Under the pieces are notes generated by a model. That model was not told the DNA's origin. It worked only from the letters and a program-made list of their open reading frames with translations, and did not search any database. From Podarcis liolepis (taxonomy: Eukaryota), in NCBI GenBank assembly GCA_965112155.1, contig OZ218101.1: a stretch of 64,000 nt of DNA; one strand, 5' to 3'. This document shows, in pieces, positions 49,044 through 60,526 of this stretch; position 1 is the first letter of the stretch; each line of letters begins with the position of its first letter. The translations under genes and the position numbers were made by a program.

Positions 49044-50970
49044 TTTTCTGTTTGTTGTTATAATCCAGTCTATTGGTTGGGGTTACCAATGCAATCCCGA
49101 GGTATGTATGCAAGTGAGAGATGGTTTCTATTTATTTCATATTTTATAATTATTTTCACTTATTTTGAACTGTTTTACCAGACTTGAATGTGCCATCCAC
49201 ATAGGCCATTTAGTAAGCAAAATATAACTCACCATTCCGCTCATAAGTACAATGGTTTGCATCTATTGATATGACACAATATATGCTTTACCAGTAACTG
49301 CTAGTCACAGATTTGTTATTGTAAGCTCATTCTGAAATACTGAAAACTGTCCTTTGGGAGCCACAGAGTACAGAGGCTTTGTGCAAGAGATTATGTCACC
49401 ACTCCCACTCTTACTGCTGCTGCCCCCAAACTCTACTCCCTCCGCAGCTGCCCCACTCCATTTAACTTTTTTCATTGTTTTGCTATTGCATTTGCATCCT
49501 CAGAGTGAGGCATTCTGGGTGAGGTGGCTAAGAGACTTCCTGCATACCCATCCAGTGGATGCGAGGCAGATACTGACATTGTATGGATATCAGTGTGCTT
49601 TTATTTCAGAAAACACTTCTGGAATGTAAATTTTATCTGATCACTTTAATACTCTATTTCATTAATGCTTTCGACTATTCTGTATTTTATTTTGCTGTAA
49701 ATTGCTTTGAAATAGATGATTACGGACAATTCATAGGCATTTCAAACAATAAATAAATGTTTTTTAAACTCAGGAAAAAGATGCAGTACTTTAAAGTAAG
49801 TTTCTAAGCTTAAACAATATTTTCAGTGCTGCAGGCCCTCTCTTGGCTACCACACCCCAAATTCTTTGTTCTGAGGAAGAACTCATTTGGCCCTTCCTAA
49901 GAGGCTACAGCAAGGCTGGGACGAGCTGCAGGGGGCTGGTTGGATGGGCAGCTGGTGGTACTAGAAATAATGAAAGCTAGGAAGAATGAGACAGGAGCCC
50001 AAGGGCCACGAATTTGTCACTGCCTGAGCCTGCCACCTGAGACCATAGTCTCAGCTTGGTTCATTATAGTGCCAGCCCTGAAAGGTCATACTTATCCCCT
50101 TATCCCCTAAAAATAAAAGAGTGGCATCTACATCATTGGGAGAGTCTTTTGTACACAGCTATGTAATAGTCTGTGGGTATTAAAATGTATATTTATAACT
50201 TGGTACACTGAGAGAGGGGCATACAGGAGACAAGTGATATATATTCAAATGGCTTTCGGTTATTGCCTGGTTTGAGACATTACAGCCCAGGAGGCAATAC
50301 AGTGTGGAGCATGTATGTGGCACCATCATGAGTCACGACAAAGAGTATTGGGAAATAGGCAAGATTTTTTCCTAATGCTTGCTGACAAAGCTGGTAAATA
50401 CTGAGGCAATTCTGGATTAAGCTGAGGGGAGCTCACTTGTCACTTCTACTGCACTGCCTCACTCATTCACTAGCTTAGATCACAGCTAGATCTATGTCAC
50501 ATACCTGAGAATTGCCTAGCCATTTGATGAATTACTGCAGACATAACTGGTTTCCTGTCTCTGTTCCTGACTTTAGCTGATCATCCCTTATTAATGTCCA
50601 GCTCCTGATCCTGCCTGAGTTTTATATCCCATGGTGTATGGGGACTACAGCCTGATCTGGCAATAAAGCATTGTTCTCAGACCCTCTGTGCCAAGCAAGA
50701 GGAAACTACAAGCTCAAACTGCAGCAAAAATAGGTAATAAAACTGTTTCCAACTAGACAATGTTAGAGCAACTGGATCAACAATTTTGTAGAATCTCCAA
50801 TGCTGAATCTATTTATATTGTGACTGGTGATTTATTACCTAAGGAATACCACTACTAAATCAAGGTAACCATACTGATAAAAATATATAACTTGAATCTC
50901 CAAATATGATTTTAGGAATATGTTTTCCATAATTTTGGATCTATTGGGGATAACCCACCATTTGCTATTC

Positions 50971-51240
50971 TATTTTTATTTTATTTTATTTCAGAACATT
51001 TATATACTGCCTGATTGAAATAAAACCCCAAGGCTCTTTACAAACAGAATAAAACAATAAAACAATAAAATTAGCAGCAAAAAAACCCAAGTACTTAAAA
51101 CATTAAAAATGATTAAAATAAACAGTAAGCTAAAACCAGATGAAAACAAATGACAGCTTCTACATGTCTGGATAGGTTTGCCTAAACAAAAATGTTTTTA
51201 GCATGCACTGCAAAGAGTGCAGCAAAGCCAGGAAGTGCCA
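50971..51240 (-). mobile_element. Old L2 LINE 3' fragment
   Basis: (TTTTA)n tail followed by TTTATATACTGCCTGATTG...GGCTCTTTACAA and an A-rich body typical of a reverse-oriented L2 3' UTR. Confidence 0.55.
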
Positions 51241-53008
51241 GAATATGGATGCTAATGTTAAATAAATTGGAGTTCTTGTTATTAAATATATCAAGAAAAA
51301 AGCACACCAAGAACTCAGGGCAATGTAAATTTCAATAGTGGGAGTGGGCCCTACTCACTATTCACTATTCAATAGTCAATAGTAACAAAAACTAATCCAT
51401 TCAAAAGTATTCTGACAAGGATTACAAACTCAAATAGAGATTGCAAACTAACAGTGATTACAAACTCAAACTCATAAAGATATGTATAACGCAATAATTC
51501 ATTACAGAATTAGGGAATGGAAACCGGTAGGTTCATATTAGTCCATAGTCAGATTCGACGTGAAGGTCTTAGTTTCAATCATAGAGCAGAAGTCAGTTAT
51601 GGATTAGAAGCCAGGACACTGTAATATGGTGCTCCCAATTCCTATTCCACAGAGCTGATACAGGAGAATACCATGATCCATGGTATCAAAAACAAAAGAG
51701 AAATTAAGCAAGAGGAGTGAAGTCTCTCTCTCCCTACTATGTCTTACAGAAATTGGGATATATTTTATGTATAAAGAGGAAGTGCAGTTTCATTCATGCT
51801 TTTTTAAAAATGGGAGTATCTATTCTGGATAAAGCTCAGAAATGTAAATTATCATGCACATCCCTCCCATCCAAATTTCAATGCTGGGGATCCAAAATTA
51901 CAAGGGCTTTCTATCCGTGTTTAAATATTTAATTGACTGTCTTACAAAAAATCCCTAGGTGCTCCAGTAGTGCATAATAAAAGACCCCAGCCAGTCTTAA
52001 TTATAGCTTATCATAGCTAGAAGTTCTTATTTCATGAATAATAAATGGCAATTTTTAACAGCATATAATTGTACCATTGGCACCATATATTGTCTGAAAG
52101 TGCACCGATCTCTACAATCTTAAAGATATTGCTTACTCTCTATGCAGGGTATACATAAAACACACAGGGTCAAAACAGCAGATACCATGGCAGATTGCTG
52201 ACATTGTTGACACGATAAATACTGATCGCTGCCCCTAACAGAAGATCTCCATTTCTATACAAAAGCCTATAAATATTTGTATCCTGCTTTATCTTCAGTA
52301 GAAGTACAGAAGAGGCTTGTCCCACTTTCCTAACATATACAATAAGTAGAACTCATAGAAGTAATGTAATGTTGAATAAAAGGAGATATTAGTATTTGTA
52401 GTGGGAACAACAACAACATACGACTACCTGCCCCACGGTAAGTTTCGGGGCCTTGGGGCAGGACAAGCCAAATATGGAGGGTGCTTTATGAATACACTCC
52501 AAGTCTTTTACAAATACTTCCAACAAGCTGAGCCTCAGTGCTCTTTTGATTCAAGTTCTCATAGCAGCTCCATCTATTTCAAGGCAAGTACAGTAGTAGG
52601 ATACTTGTGCATTCTCAGTAGCTAACAGTACCTAGTAGTTTAGAATCTCATAAGTTTATTGGGAACCAATACATAATTATCCCCTCCACTTCTGCAGAGA
52701 CACAAAGAGGTAGTCAATGTACTGCCCTCTAGACGTACAGCAGGTACAACAGCAACAGCAACAACAACACATTGTTTTTGTTTTTACATAAAACCAACCA
52801 AAGAAACAAACAAACAAACATAGGATAGCATACTGCTTGATACTTAACTGGATATCAAATTATCCTGTTCTGCTTAAATCAGATTTATATACTTAAATTT
52901 GATAGAATATAAAATTAGAGAACTGACATTTGTAAAACACACATTTAAGCAAATTACTGAAACCTTTGGATACATTGCAGTAATATAGTTACAGCAGTGT
53001 AGTTCAGA

Positions 53009-53218
53009 CTCCCTGGAAAAGACCCTGATGTTGGGAAAGATAGAGGGAACAAGGAGAAGGAGACGACAGAGGATGAGATGGTTGGATAGTGTTGTCGAAG
53101 CTACCAGCATGAGTTTGACCAAACTGCGGGAGGCAGTGGAAGACAGAAGTGCCTGGTGTGCTCTGGCCATGGGGTCACGAAGAGTCGGACATAACTAACG
53201 ACTAAACAACAACAACAA
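53009..53218 (+). mobile_element. BovB (RTE-clade) LINE 3' fragment
   Basis: Encodes SLEKTLMLGKIEGTRRRRRQRMRWLDSVVEATSMSLTKLREAVEDRSAW, the BovB ORF C-terminus; (CAA)n tail; TSD AGTTCAGA at 53001..53008 and 53219..53226. Confidence 0.93.
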
Positions 53219-53792
53219 AGTTCAGAAACTTCAGATAAAGAAGATACACAGCTTCAGAAAGATTGTGAAAGAGCTTACATAAAGAGGGTTTTACAGTTTT
53301 GAATGCACTCAAGATCCTTTGTCTGCATCATGCCAACTATTCCAGATTAGATTGTGTTAACGTAAAGTCTGGGGGAGTTTTCATCTCAGGAAAAATAGCT
53401 TATAATCAGAAACATTTTACGTCCATCAACATTGTCAAACTCTATTGTGAGTTGCATTCACTAACTATACTGGAAAAACTAGAAACTGTACTAGATGTGT
53501 GCCCCCCATCTGTTTTGCACACACAAGACAAACAAAACGCTGTCATAGTCACTGAAAAGCCACACATTCAGACACTTTTAAAATAAGAAATAAAATGGGC
53601 AAGAGAGAAACAGAAAGAGACTGAACTAAATGCTGGTTTTGTCAAAAAGATTCATGTAGTACATTTCTAGTTTTTCATGCACAGTACTGTGTCATAACAT
53701 ACTGGAGTTTAAATCATGGTTTGAAATTTGAAAGACAAATAATACAAACTATTTTAATTTACCTCATATGAATGGATAATAACACCCATAGG

Positions 53793-53929
53793 CGGTGAGG
53801 TTTTTCTAGAAAAAGAGGTGCCAGAACTCACCCTGAACACCTCCCTTGTTCTCTTATAATGGCAGTAGTGCCCACCTGAGAGGTGCAGGAACTGAGTTCT
53901 GGTGAGGTCAAGATGAAAAAAATGCCCTG
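53793..53929. mobile_element. Non-autonomous hAT MITE
   Basis: Perfect 8-bp TSD CCCATAGG (53785..53792, 53930..53937); internal repeated GAGGTGC.GAACT; 3' end AAAAAAATGCCCTG. Confidence 0.8.
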
Positions 53930-54974
53930 CCCATAGGCCTTATCTATCATGTTATAGTAAATGTGGTGGTCAAAATATACAGCATGATTGGTGTGAGCAG
54001 TAACAGAAAAACTAGTTCTGTTATAGCATCCAGGAAAATACTCAGTAAAAAGCAGGGAAAGCAGTTTTTTTTTAAATTAAAATGCTTTCTTACTTTTGAA
54101 CATTGTCTCTTGGGTCAAGATTGAATGCTTTCCCTTCCTTACATGACAAACTACTCCACTTCCACTCCTGGGGGCTTTATAGAACTGCCAGAACACATTG
54201 ATGGGATTATGCTCTTCTACTACATTACACTGTAACTAATTTATTCTACTTACTATAAATGTGCAAGTAAAATATGGAAACTCTAGAAAACCCTTGGAGA
54301 TTTGCATATAAAAATCTGGAAATTTGCATATGTATATATTATAGATTCATTTCCTCCTCTTCCCATATTTTCAAAAGAGAAAGTGAGAATGAAGAAACAT
54401 ACTGTACATAGAAGACAGATTATTGTGCACTCATACAACAATATGGCAAGCTGCTACTTTTTAATATTCTAATCTAAATTGCAAAACAGAGACACAATCA
54501 GCTTTTACAAATCTAGGCTCTTATACTGTTCACGTAAAAAAAAAAAGTTCACGTATCATTATAGACATAATAGTTCCGTACTTGGCATACTTGCATAATT
54601 ACAGAACAATACGGTTTGTACTGAACACCTCTTGAGTCACGTAGGTGGGAACAGGAATACTGCTGAATTTGCTGATTCATTTCACAACATTACACAAGCA
54701 TAATGGATTTACTCCAATATATTGTTACTATTGCCTTTATAGTATGCAGAACTGGAAGTGTTTTAGGAGAAAAGCTGAACTTCTGTGGAATCCTATGTTA
54801 GGTTTGGGTCAGTTTTCATTTACCCTGATTACACATAACATCCCTGCAAAAGAAGTGGCAAAAGTTAAAACACATTGATTGGATTCAATGGAAAGTGCCA
54901 GATGATTGCTCCCACCAGCTCTTTTCTGAAGTCATGTCAGGTAAGAAGATTCAGAGCATGCCACAGCAAATATA

Positions 54975-55357
54975 GGTAAAAAAGGCAAAAGGTAAAAGAC
55001 CCCTGGACGGTTAAGTCCAGTCAACAGGGTTGCGGCGCTCATCTTGCTTTTGGGCCGAGGGAGTCAGCATTTGTCCACAGACAGCTTTCCGGGTTATGTG
55101 GTTAGCATGACTAAACCTCTTCTGGTGCAACGCAACACTGTGATAGAAACCAGAGTGCATGGAAACGCTGTTTGCCTTCCTGCCACAGCGGTGCCTATTT
55201 ATCTACTTGCACTGGCGTGCTTTAGAATTGCTAGGTTGGCAGGAGCTGGGACAGAGCAACGTGAGCTCACCCCGTCATGGGAATTCGAACCACTGACCTT
55301 CTGATCGACAAGCCCAAGAGGCTCAGTTGTTTGGACCACAGCACCACCCACATTCCA
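54975..55357 (-). mobile_element. Sauria SINE (older copy)
   Basis: Degenerate (ACCTTT)n tail, BovB-like 3' end, B-box-like GGAATTCGAACC; homologous to 57583..57950; decayed 13-bp TSD CACAGCAAATATA/CACAACTAATATA. Confidence 0.9.
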
Positions 55358-56639
55358 TCACAACTAATATACCGGGTACATACCCTAGAAATACAACACA
55401 TATCCTAGTTCAAGATGTTCATCATTGGGCTACTACATCACCCCATGGAAGTGAGAACACATAGGGAGGAATCTTGGTCAATGGAACTCTGGTGAAAAGG
55501 AGAATGTAGGGCAAAGCAAGCTCACTGTACAAGTAATAAATAGCTGAATATTGTTTTGTGTGTGGGTGTGTGTGAGAGGAAGAGAGAATGAATGACAGAC
55601 AAATAAGTAACACATCTCAGAAGACAAACATCCAGAAGGGATCCTCACTCCACAGCAGCAACCAAAATTACAAAAAGGCACCACACTCAAGTAATCAAGG
55701 AAGGGGGCTCAGTATTTGCTTTTATCCAGGGTTTTAAAGTAACAGTATATATTCCATGAAAACCACTTAGAGGCTGTACATAATTAAGCAATACATAAAT
55801 CCTCTTATAGAAAATAAATTTAAAATAAACGGGGAAAGGACTATTCCTCAAAGTAGTACTCCTGCACACAGTCTATCATAGCTGTTGTTATTATTGTTGT
55901 TGTTATGAAAGCGGTGGTAGTAGAGCTCCTCACACTCCAGTGAGTGGTTCCAGACTGCTCTTAAAAAATTATAAAGGATGAAACCAAAATCAACCCCCCT
56001 TGCCACTTTGTATAGTCATTAAGTGTGGCATGCGTCACACTCTTCCTATTATCCTTCCTCTCACCAATTTTCAGGAACAGCTTCTTTTCACACCCCTAGA
56101 AAGATATGCATTTTAAACAGTTCCAACCTATGACTTTTTTCCATTTCACATTAGTTTTCTTTAAAACTAAAATGATGGTTCAAACCAAAGGACTGGCAGT
56201 GACAATAGGAACAATGTATCATTCTTCTTAAAAGTGACCTTCAAACTTTGTTCAACTTCAGCACAAAAAAATATGCATTGGGTTTTAGGGTGCTAAAAGC
56301 TCCAAGCTATAGTAATTAATCTTCCCAGCTATGCTTTGATCTCACTTTGAATGAAAGTAGTTTTAGAAGGGCTCCTTCTGGAATTAAGCTTGAAGCCACA
56401 AGATTTGTGCATGATGAGGCAAGCAATTGAACTGGATCTCCTTCATTTTTACAGAAGCAGCTAGGTAATTTATCCTTCTATCCAAAATCATAAAGCAGGT
56501 CCAAACACTGAGCCATATGTTTTGATTCAAACTTATGAAGAATGAGATGAATTGCTATGGAATAGGGAACACCACCTAAATGTTTCTTTGGGAGTGGGGA
56601 ACCTGTTTAGCTCATAAAGGAGTTCTATCATCCAAGACT

Positions 56640-57990
56640 TGTTGTCTGAATGCAGAATGCTTTAGTGAGTACTGTCCAAGTTGGCAGCCATCACCACCTC
56701 TGGTGGTAATGAATCCTATAGTTTAAATATACATAGTGTGAATAAATGTTTTCTTTTGTCTGTCCTGAATATCCCACAATTTAATTTCAAAAAACCCTAT
56801 TTCTCTGGACTTTGCATTGTTTTATATACCTATTTCAGACTCCCTATTACTAAACTATAAAGTCACAAACGTTGCAACCATTCCACATATGGTAGTAGCT
56901 CCAGCCCCTTGATAATTTTGTGTGTATTTCTCTGAATGTTTTCTAGCCAGGCAATATCCTTTGTGAAGTGAAGCAACCAAAACACATGACTACACAGTAT
57001 TCCAAGCACGGTCACATTATGGATTTATATAAATGCATTATGATGTTGGCAGTTTTATTTTTGATCCATGTCAGGGATTTTTTCCCACATCTGTCACACA
57101 ATGGGTCAAATTTTAATCAAGCTGTTCATTGAAACCCCAAGATCACTTTTCTAGTCAGACACGGGCCATGTTCACGTATAAATCTAAGCTAAATCTTAGA
57201 GCAGATCATGGTTAAGAAGGAAAAGGTTTAACTATGAGCCCAGGTTCAGACGGCATACTGAGCCAAAGCTTGACTTAGCTTATACAAAGAAGTTGCATGC
57301 TGCTTTCTGTGAGCCACATTTGTGTGGCCTTGGTAGGCCACAGTTTGACTTACTATGATGTGTGAACCAGACCACTTCCAGTCTAGATCATATATGAAAT
57401 TAGGATGTATTTATTTTGCCCCAATATGTATCACTTTCTTCTTGCTTGCATTGAATCTGCAAATTTAATTCCCATTTCCCCAGTTTGGAAAAAAAAGCCT
57501 TTTGAAACAGTGCCGCACAACCCTGTTTTGTTATTACCACCTGGAATAATTTGTGTTATTAGCAAACTTAGCCACCACACTAGGTAAAGGTAAAGGACCC
57601 CTGACAGTCAAGTCCAGTCGTGAACGACTCTGGGGTTGCAGTGCTCATCTCGCTTTACTGGCCGAGCGAGCTGACGTTTGTCCGCAGACAGTTTTTCCGG
57701 ATCATGTGGCCAACATGACTAAGCCACTTCTGGCAAAACCAGAGCAGCACACGGAAACGCCATTTACCTTCCCGCCGGAGTGGTACTTATTTATCTACTT
57801 GCACTTTGACGTGTTTTCAAACTGCTAGGTTGGCAGAAGCAGGGACCGAACAACAGGAGCTCACCTTGTTGCGGGGATTCGAACCGCTGACCTTCCGATC
57901 AGCAAGCCCAAGGCTCAATAGTTTACACCACAGTGCCACCCGTGTCCCTCTAGCCACCACACTATTCATCTCTAATTCCATAAATACATT
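56640..57990 (-). mobile_element. Ancient CR1 LINE remnant interrupted by two later insertions
   Basis: Decayed CR1 hallmarks in order (AGCCCCTTGATAATTTTG, CACAGTATTCCAAG, ACCCCAAGATC, TTTGTGTTATTAGCAAACTT), collinear with the younger CR1 at 26118..26785 where they overlap; broken at 57161..57370 and 57583..57950. Confidence 0.65.
57583..57950 (-). mobile_element. Sauria SINE, full length
   Basis: (ACCTTT)2 tail, BovB-derived 3' end, tRNA-like head with GGTTCGAATCCC B-box; perfect 14-bp TSD TAGCCACCACACTA (57569..57582, 57951..57964). Confidence 0.95.
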
Positions 57991-58118
57991 TCCATAAATA
58001 CAACTACAAATGAGTATGTTTCACACAACCCATGTTTAACTTAACAAATCAATTGTACTAATAACTTTTAAGTGACTTGGCTTCTCCTTCTCTCACCTAT
58101 TTTATGCCTATTTTATGT

Positions 58119-58156
58119 GTATCTGAAGAAGTGTGCTTGCACACGAAAGCTCATAC
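58119..58156 (+). ncRNA. Minimal (dimeric-type) hammerhead ribozyme motif
   Basis: Stem I GUAU/AUAC; core CUGAAGA plus one extra A; stem II GUGUGC-UU-GCACAC; GAAA; palindromic AGCU in place of stem III; UC cleavage site after 58152. Confidence 0.7.
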
Positions 58157-58246
58157 CAAGAACTAACTTAGTTGGTCTTTAAGGTGCTACTGGAAGGAAT
58201 TTTTTTGTTTTGACTATGGCAGACCAACACGGCTACCTATCTGTAA
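58119..58246 (+). mobile_element. Penelope-like element terminal (pseudo-LTR) fragment
   Basis: GTATCTGAAGAAGTGTGC..GCACACGAAAGCTCATACC...TTGGTCTTTAAGGTGCTAC...CCAACACGGCTAC resembles reptile PLE ends; flanked by direct repeats CTATTTTATG(CC). Confidence 0.8.
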
Positions 58247-58310
58247 CTATTTTATGCCAGCAGCCATAATATTAGGCTGAAGCAGAAGGAAGGATAGGAA
58301 TCAGCAGGGT

Positions 58311-58515
58311 CATAGGAACATAGTAACCTGCCTTATACTGAGTCAGACAGTTAGTCTATTTAACTCAGTATTGTCTACACGGACTAGCAGCAGCTCTCCA
58401 GGATTTCAGACAGGAGGTCCCCCCCCCCAGCTGTAGTTGAAACTATTGAGAATTGAGTTTGGGAACTTCTGCATGCAACACAGATGATGTACTACTGAGC
58501 TATGATGTTTCCCCC
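58311..58515 (-). mobile_element. tRNA-derived SINE with CR1-type tail (Squam2-like), decayed
   Basis: Minus strand starts GGGGGAAACATCATAGCTCAGTAGTA (A-box-like) and ends with a CR1-like ...GACTCAGTATAAGGCAGGTTACTATGTTCCTATG. Confidence 0.7.
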
Positions 58516-59869
58516 AGCAAATAGTCATACCTTTATACTGAAAGACCAGCTGTTCCTTTCTCTAAATTTAACTGGTGCCTGAGTTTGCTTGTTGTTTTCT
58601 TCCCTTCTCATCTCCCCCCCCCCCATTGTCTTGTGTCTTTTACATTGTAGGCATGCTTGCAGGAACTATGTGATTTTATTTACCCTATGTAAACTGCTCT
58701 GGAGCTTCTACAACCAAAGAGGTGGGTAAAGAGGCTTTACATAAATAAGCAATAAATAAGCAAGCCACTATGCAGGAAAGTATTAATTGTCTAAACCTCT
58801 CATGTTGTAAGTTTTTTATTATGTGCATAATGTGTTCACAATATCTGACTTCTACTGCCACTGATGTTCTGAAAAACTGGAACACACGCAAAAGAAATTC
58901 AGACAATTAAAACTAAAATCTGCCTCTATCTTTAGGAATATATTCAACATTGATGAGGGTTCATTTTAGATTGATGACTGATGGGAGCCTGTAAAATCAA
59001 ACATATCATCCTTAGTTATATACTAAATCTATTATTTTGTTATAAAATAGGTGTAAAGAATACAGGGCATTCCAAAGAATAAAAATATTGATATTACATT
59101 TCATTATGCAGAGTTAGAAATTAATTGCAATTTTCTCTTACTGTATAGAACTTCCTTTACTAAACCAGCAGCAAGTCCTGTAAAGCTTTTCACATCCTAA
59201 ACTCCCTTTTTATGGTATTTTTGTTTCCTATATATGCTATCTAACAATGAGGATGGAAAATGTATTTCCTAGGAAGGGCAGGTGACTTGTGAAAAGAGAA
59301 CAATTATATAATTAGACACATTCGTCACTCAGTCTAATCCTGAAATGAAAGAGAAAGGGTTCCTTTCAAACCGAACATTCACTGAACACCCATTCCTTTC
59401 ATCTGGAGCATTCTCAAATAACTGACTTCAAGGAAACTACCCAAAGTCACAGGATTCACTGCCACAAATCATGTTCAGCCACACACAAGTGCATATGTTG
59501 GGATCAAGGTGCTAGACAAAGCAGAAATCGTTGCTTTGTTACAGTGATACTTTACAAAGTTTTCCAAAACAACATATAACCTGAAATAAATCCCTGTTTT
59601 ATGCCTCAAAGTGGAGAATTCTGAGTAGAATCCTTAATTTACTTAAGCTCTCTTTCCCCACAAAACCAGATACTTCAAGCTATAGTGTTGCATAGGGGAT
59701 GATGCAAGCATCCAAAAAGTCTGTTTGAATCCACAGACACCTTTGTGAGATGAGCTCAGGAGCCTGCTCATTGCTTGCTGCAAGCAGTTAAGCAAGGCAC
59801 TGCTCACCACTGGGGAAATGTCCTTCTCCAAGGCAGAAAACAATATGAATAGCATCTTTTTGCCACAGG

Positions 59870-60526
59870 CAGGGATGTCTTACCCATAGACGTTAGTGGC
59901 GTGGGGCGCCAGGGCACCAGAATTTGGAGGGTGCCACAGGCCGAGTGTCCGGGAAGGAGAGTCAGGGCACGCTCCCTTCCCCACTCTGGGGCAGCCCACT
60001 CCTCTCCTCTCAGCCGCCCATCAGAGCGTGCTGTGTCCAGCTCAGGGAAGCCCCTTTGCGTCCCCTCCCACTGAGGCTGCCTGGGTGCCTGGCGGATGCA
60101 GTTGGGGTAAGGCGTGTCTCTCTGGCCCCTCTCTGGCCGCGTTGCTGCCTGCACGCCTCTCTGCAGAGTCTGCAAGCGGAGCAGGGAAGCGCCTGTGCAA
60201 TCCCGGCACTGAGCAAGGATGGGACAGCCAGCAAGCCACCTGATCTGCTTGCTGGCCCTCCTGTCGCACGGACTTCCCCGGACAGGGGCAGGTAAGGGGT
60301 GCCGGGTGCTTAGAGGGAGGCTTCGCAGGAGGGCACGGGAGGCCATCTGGGCTGTGATCCAGGCGCCTCTTACATGCAGCGCCGAGCGCGCGTCGGACCA
60401 CGCGATGTAAATGAGCCGGACTGAGTGTCCTCCCCCCTTAAAGAAGGTTGACAACTCCTGGGAAACGGGGGGGGGGTGTTGAGAAATATTTGCACCACAG
60501 TGCCAAATTTGCTTAAGATGGCCCTG
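59870..60526. mobile_element. 657-bp GC/CpG-rich non-autonomous hAT element
   Basis: TIRs CAGGGATGTCTTA / TAAGATGGCCCTG; perfect 8-bp TSD GCCACAGG (59862..59869, 60527..60534); sharp compositional boundaries. Confidence 0.9.

Noticed and set aside
6868-51470. Short local tandem duplications (6868..6897, ~30003..30025, ~48003..48030, ~51420..51471)
   Set aside because: Ordinary slippage products with no further structure.
15600-52445. Isolated consensus plus-strand donors (AAG|GTAAGT ~15629, ACG|GTAAGT ~52437) and a strong acceptor at ~21508
   Set aside because: No convincing partner site nearby; single matches are expected by chance in 64 kb.
57860-57950. tRNA gene
   Set aside because: The A/B-box-like sequence is the head of a Sauria SINE; no complete cloverleaf.
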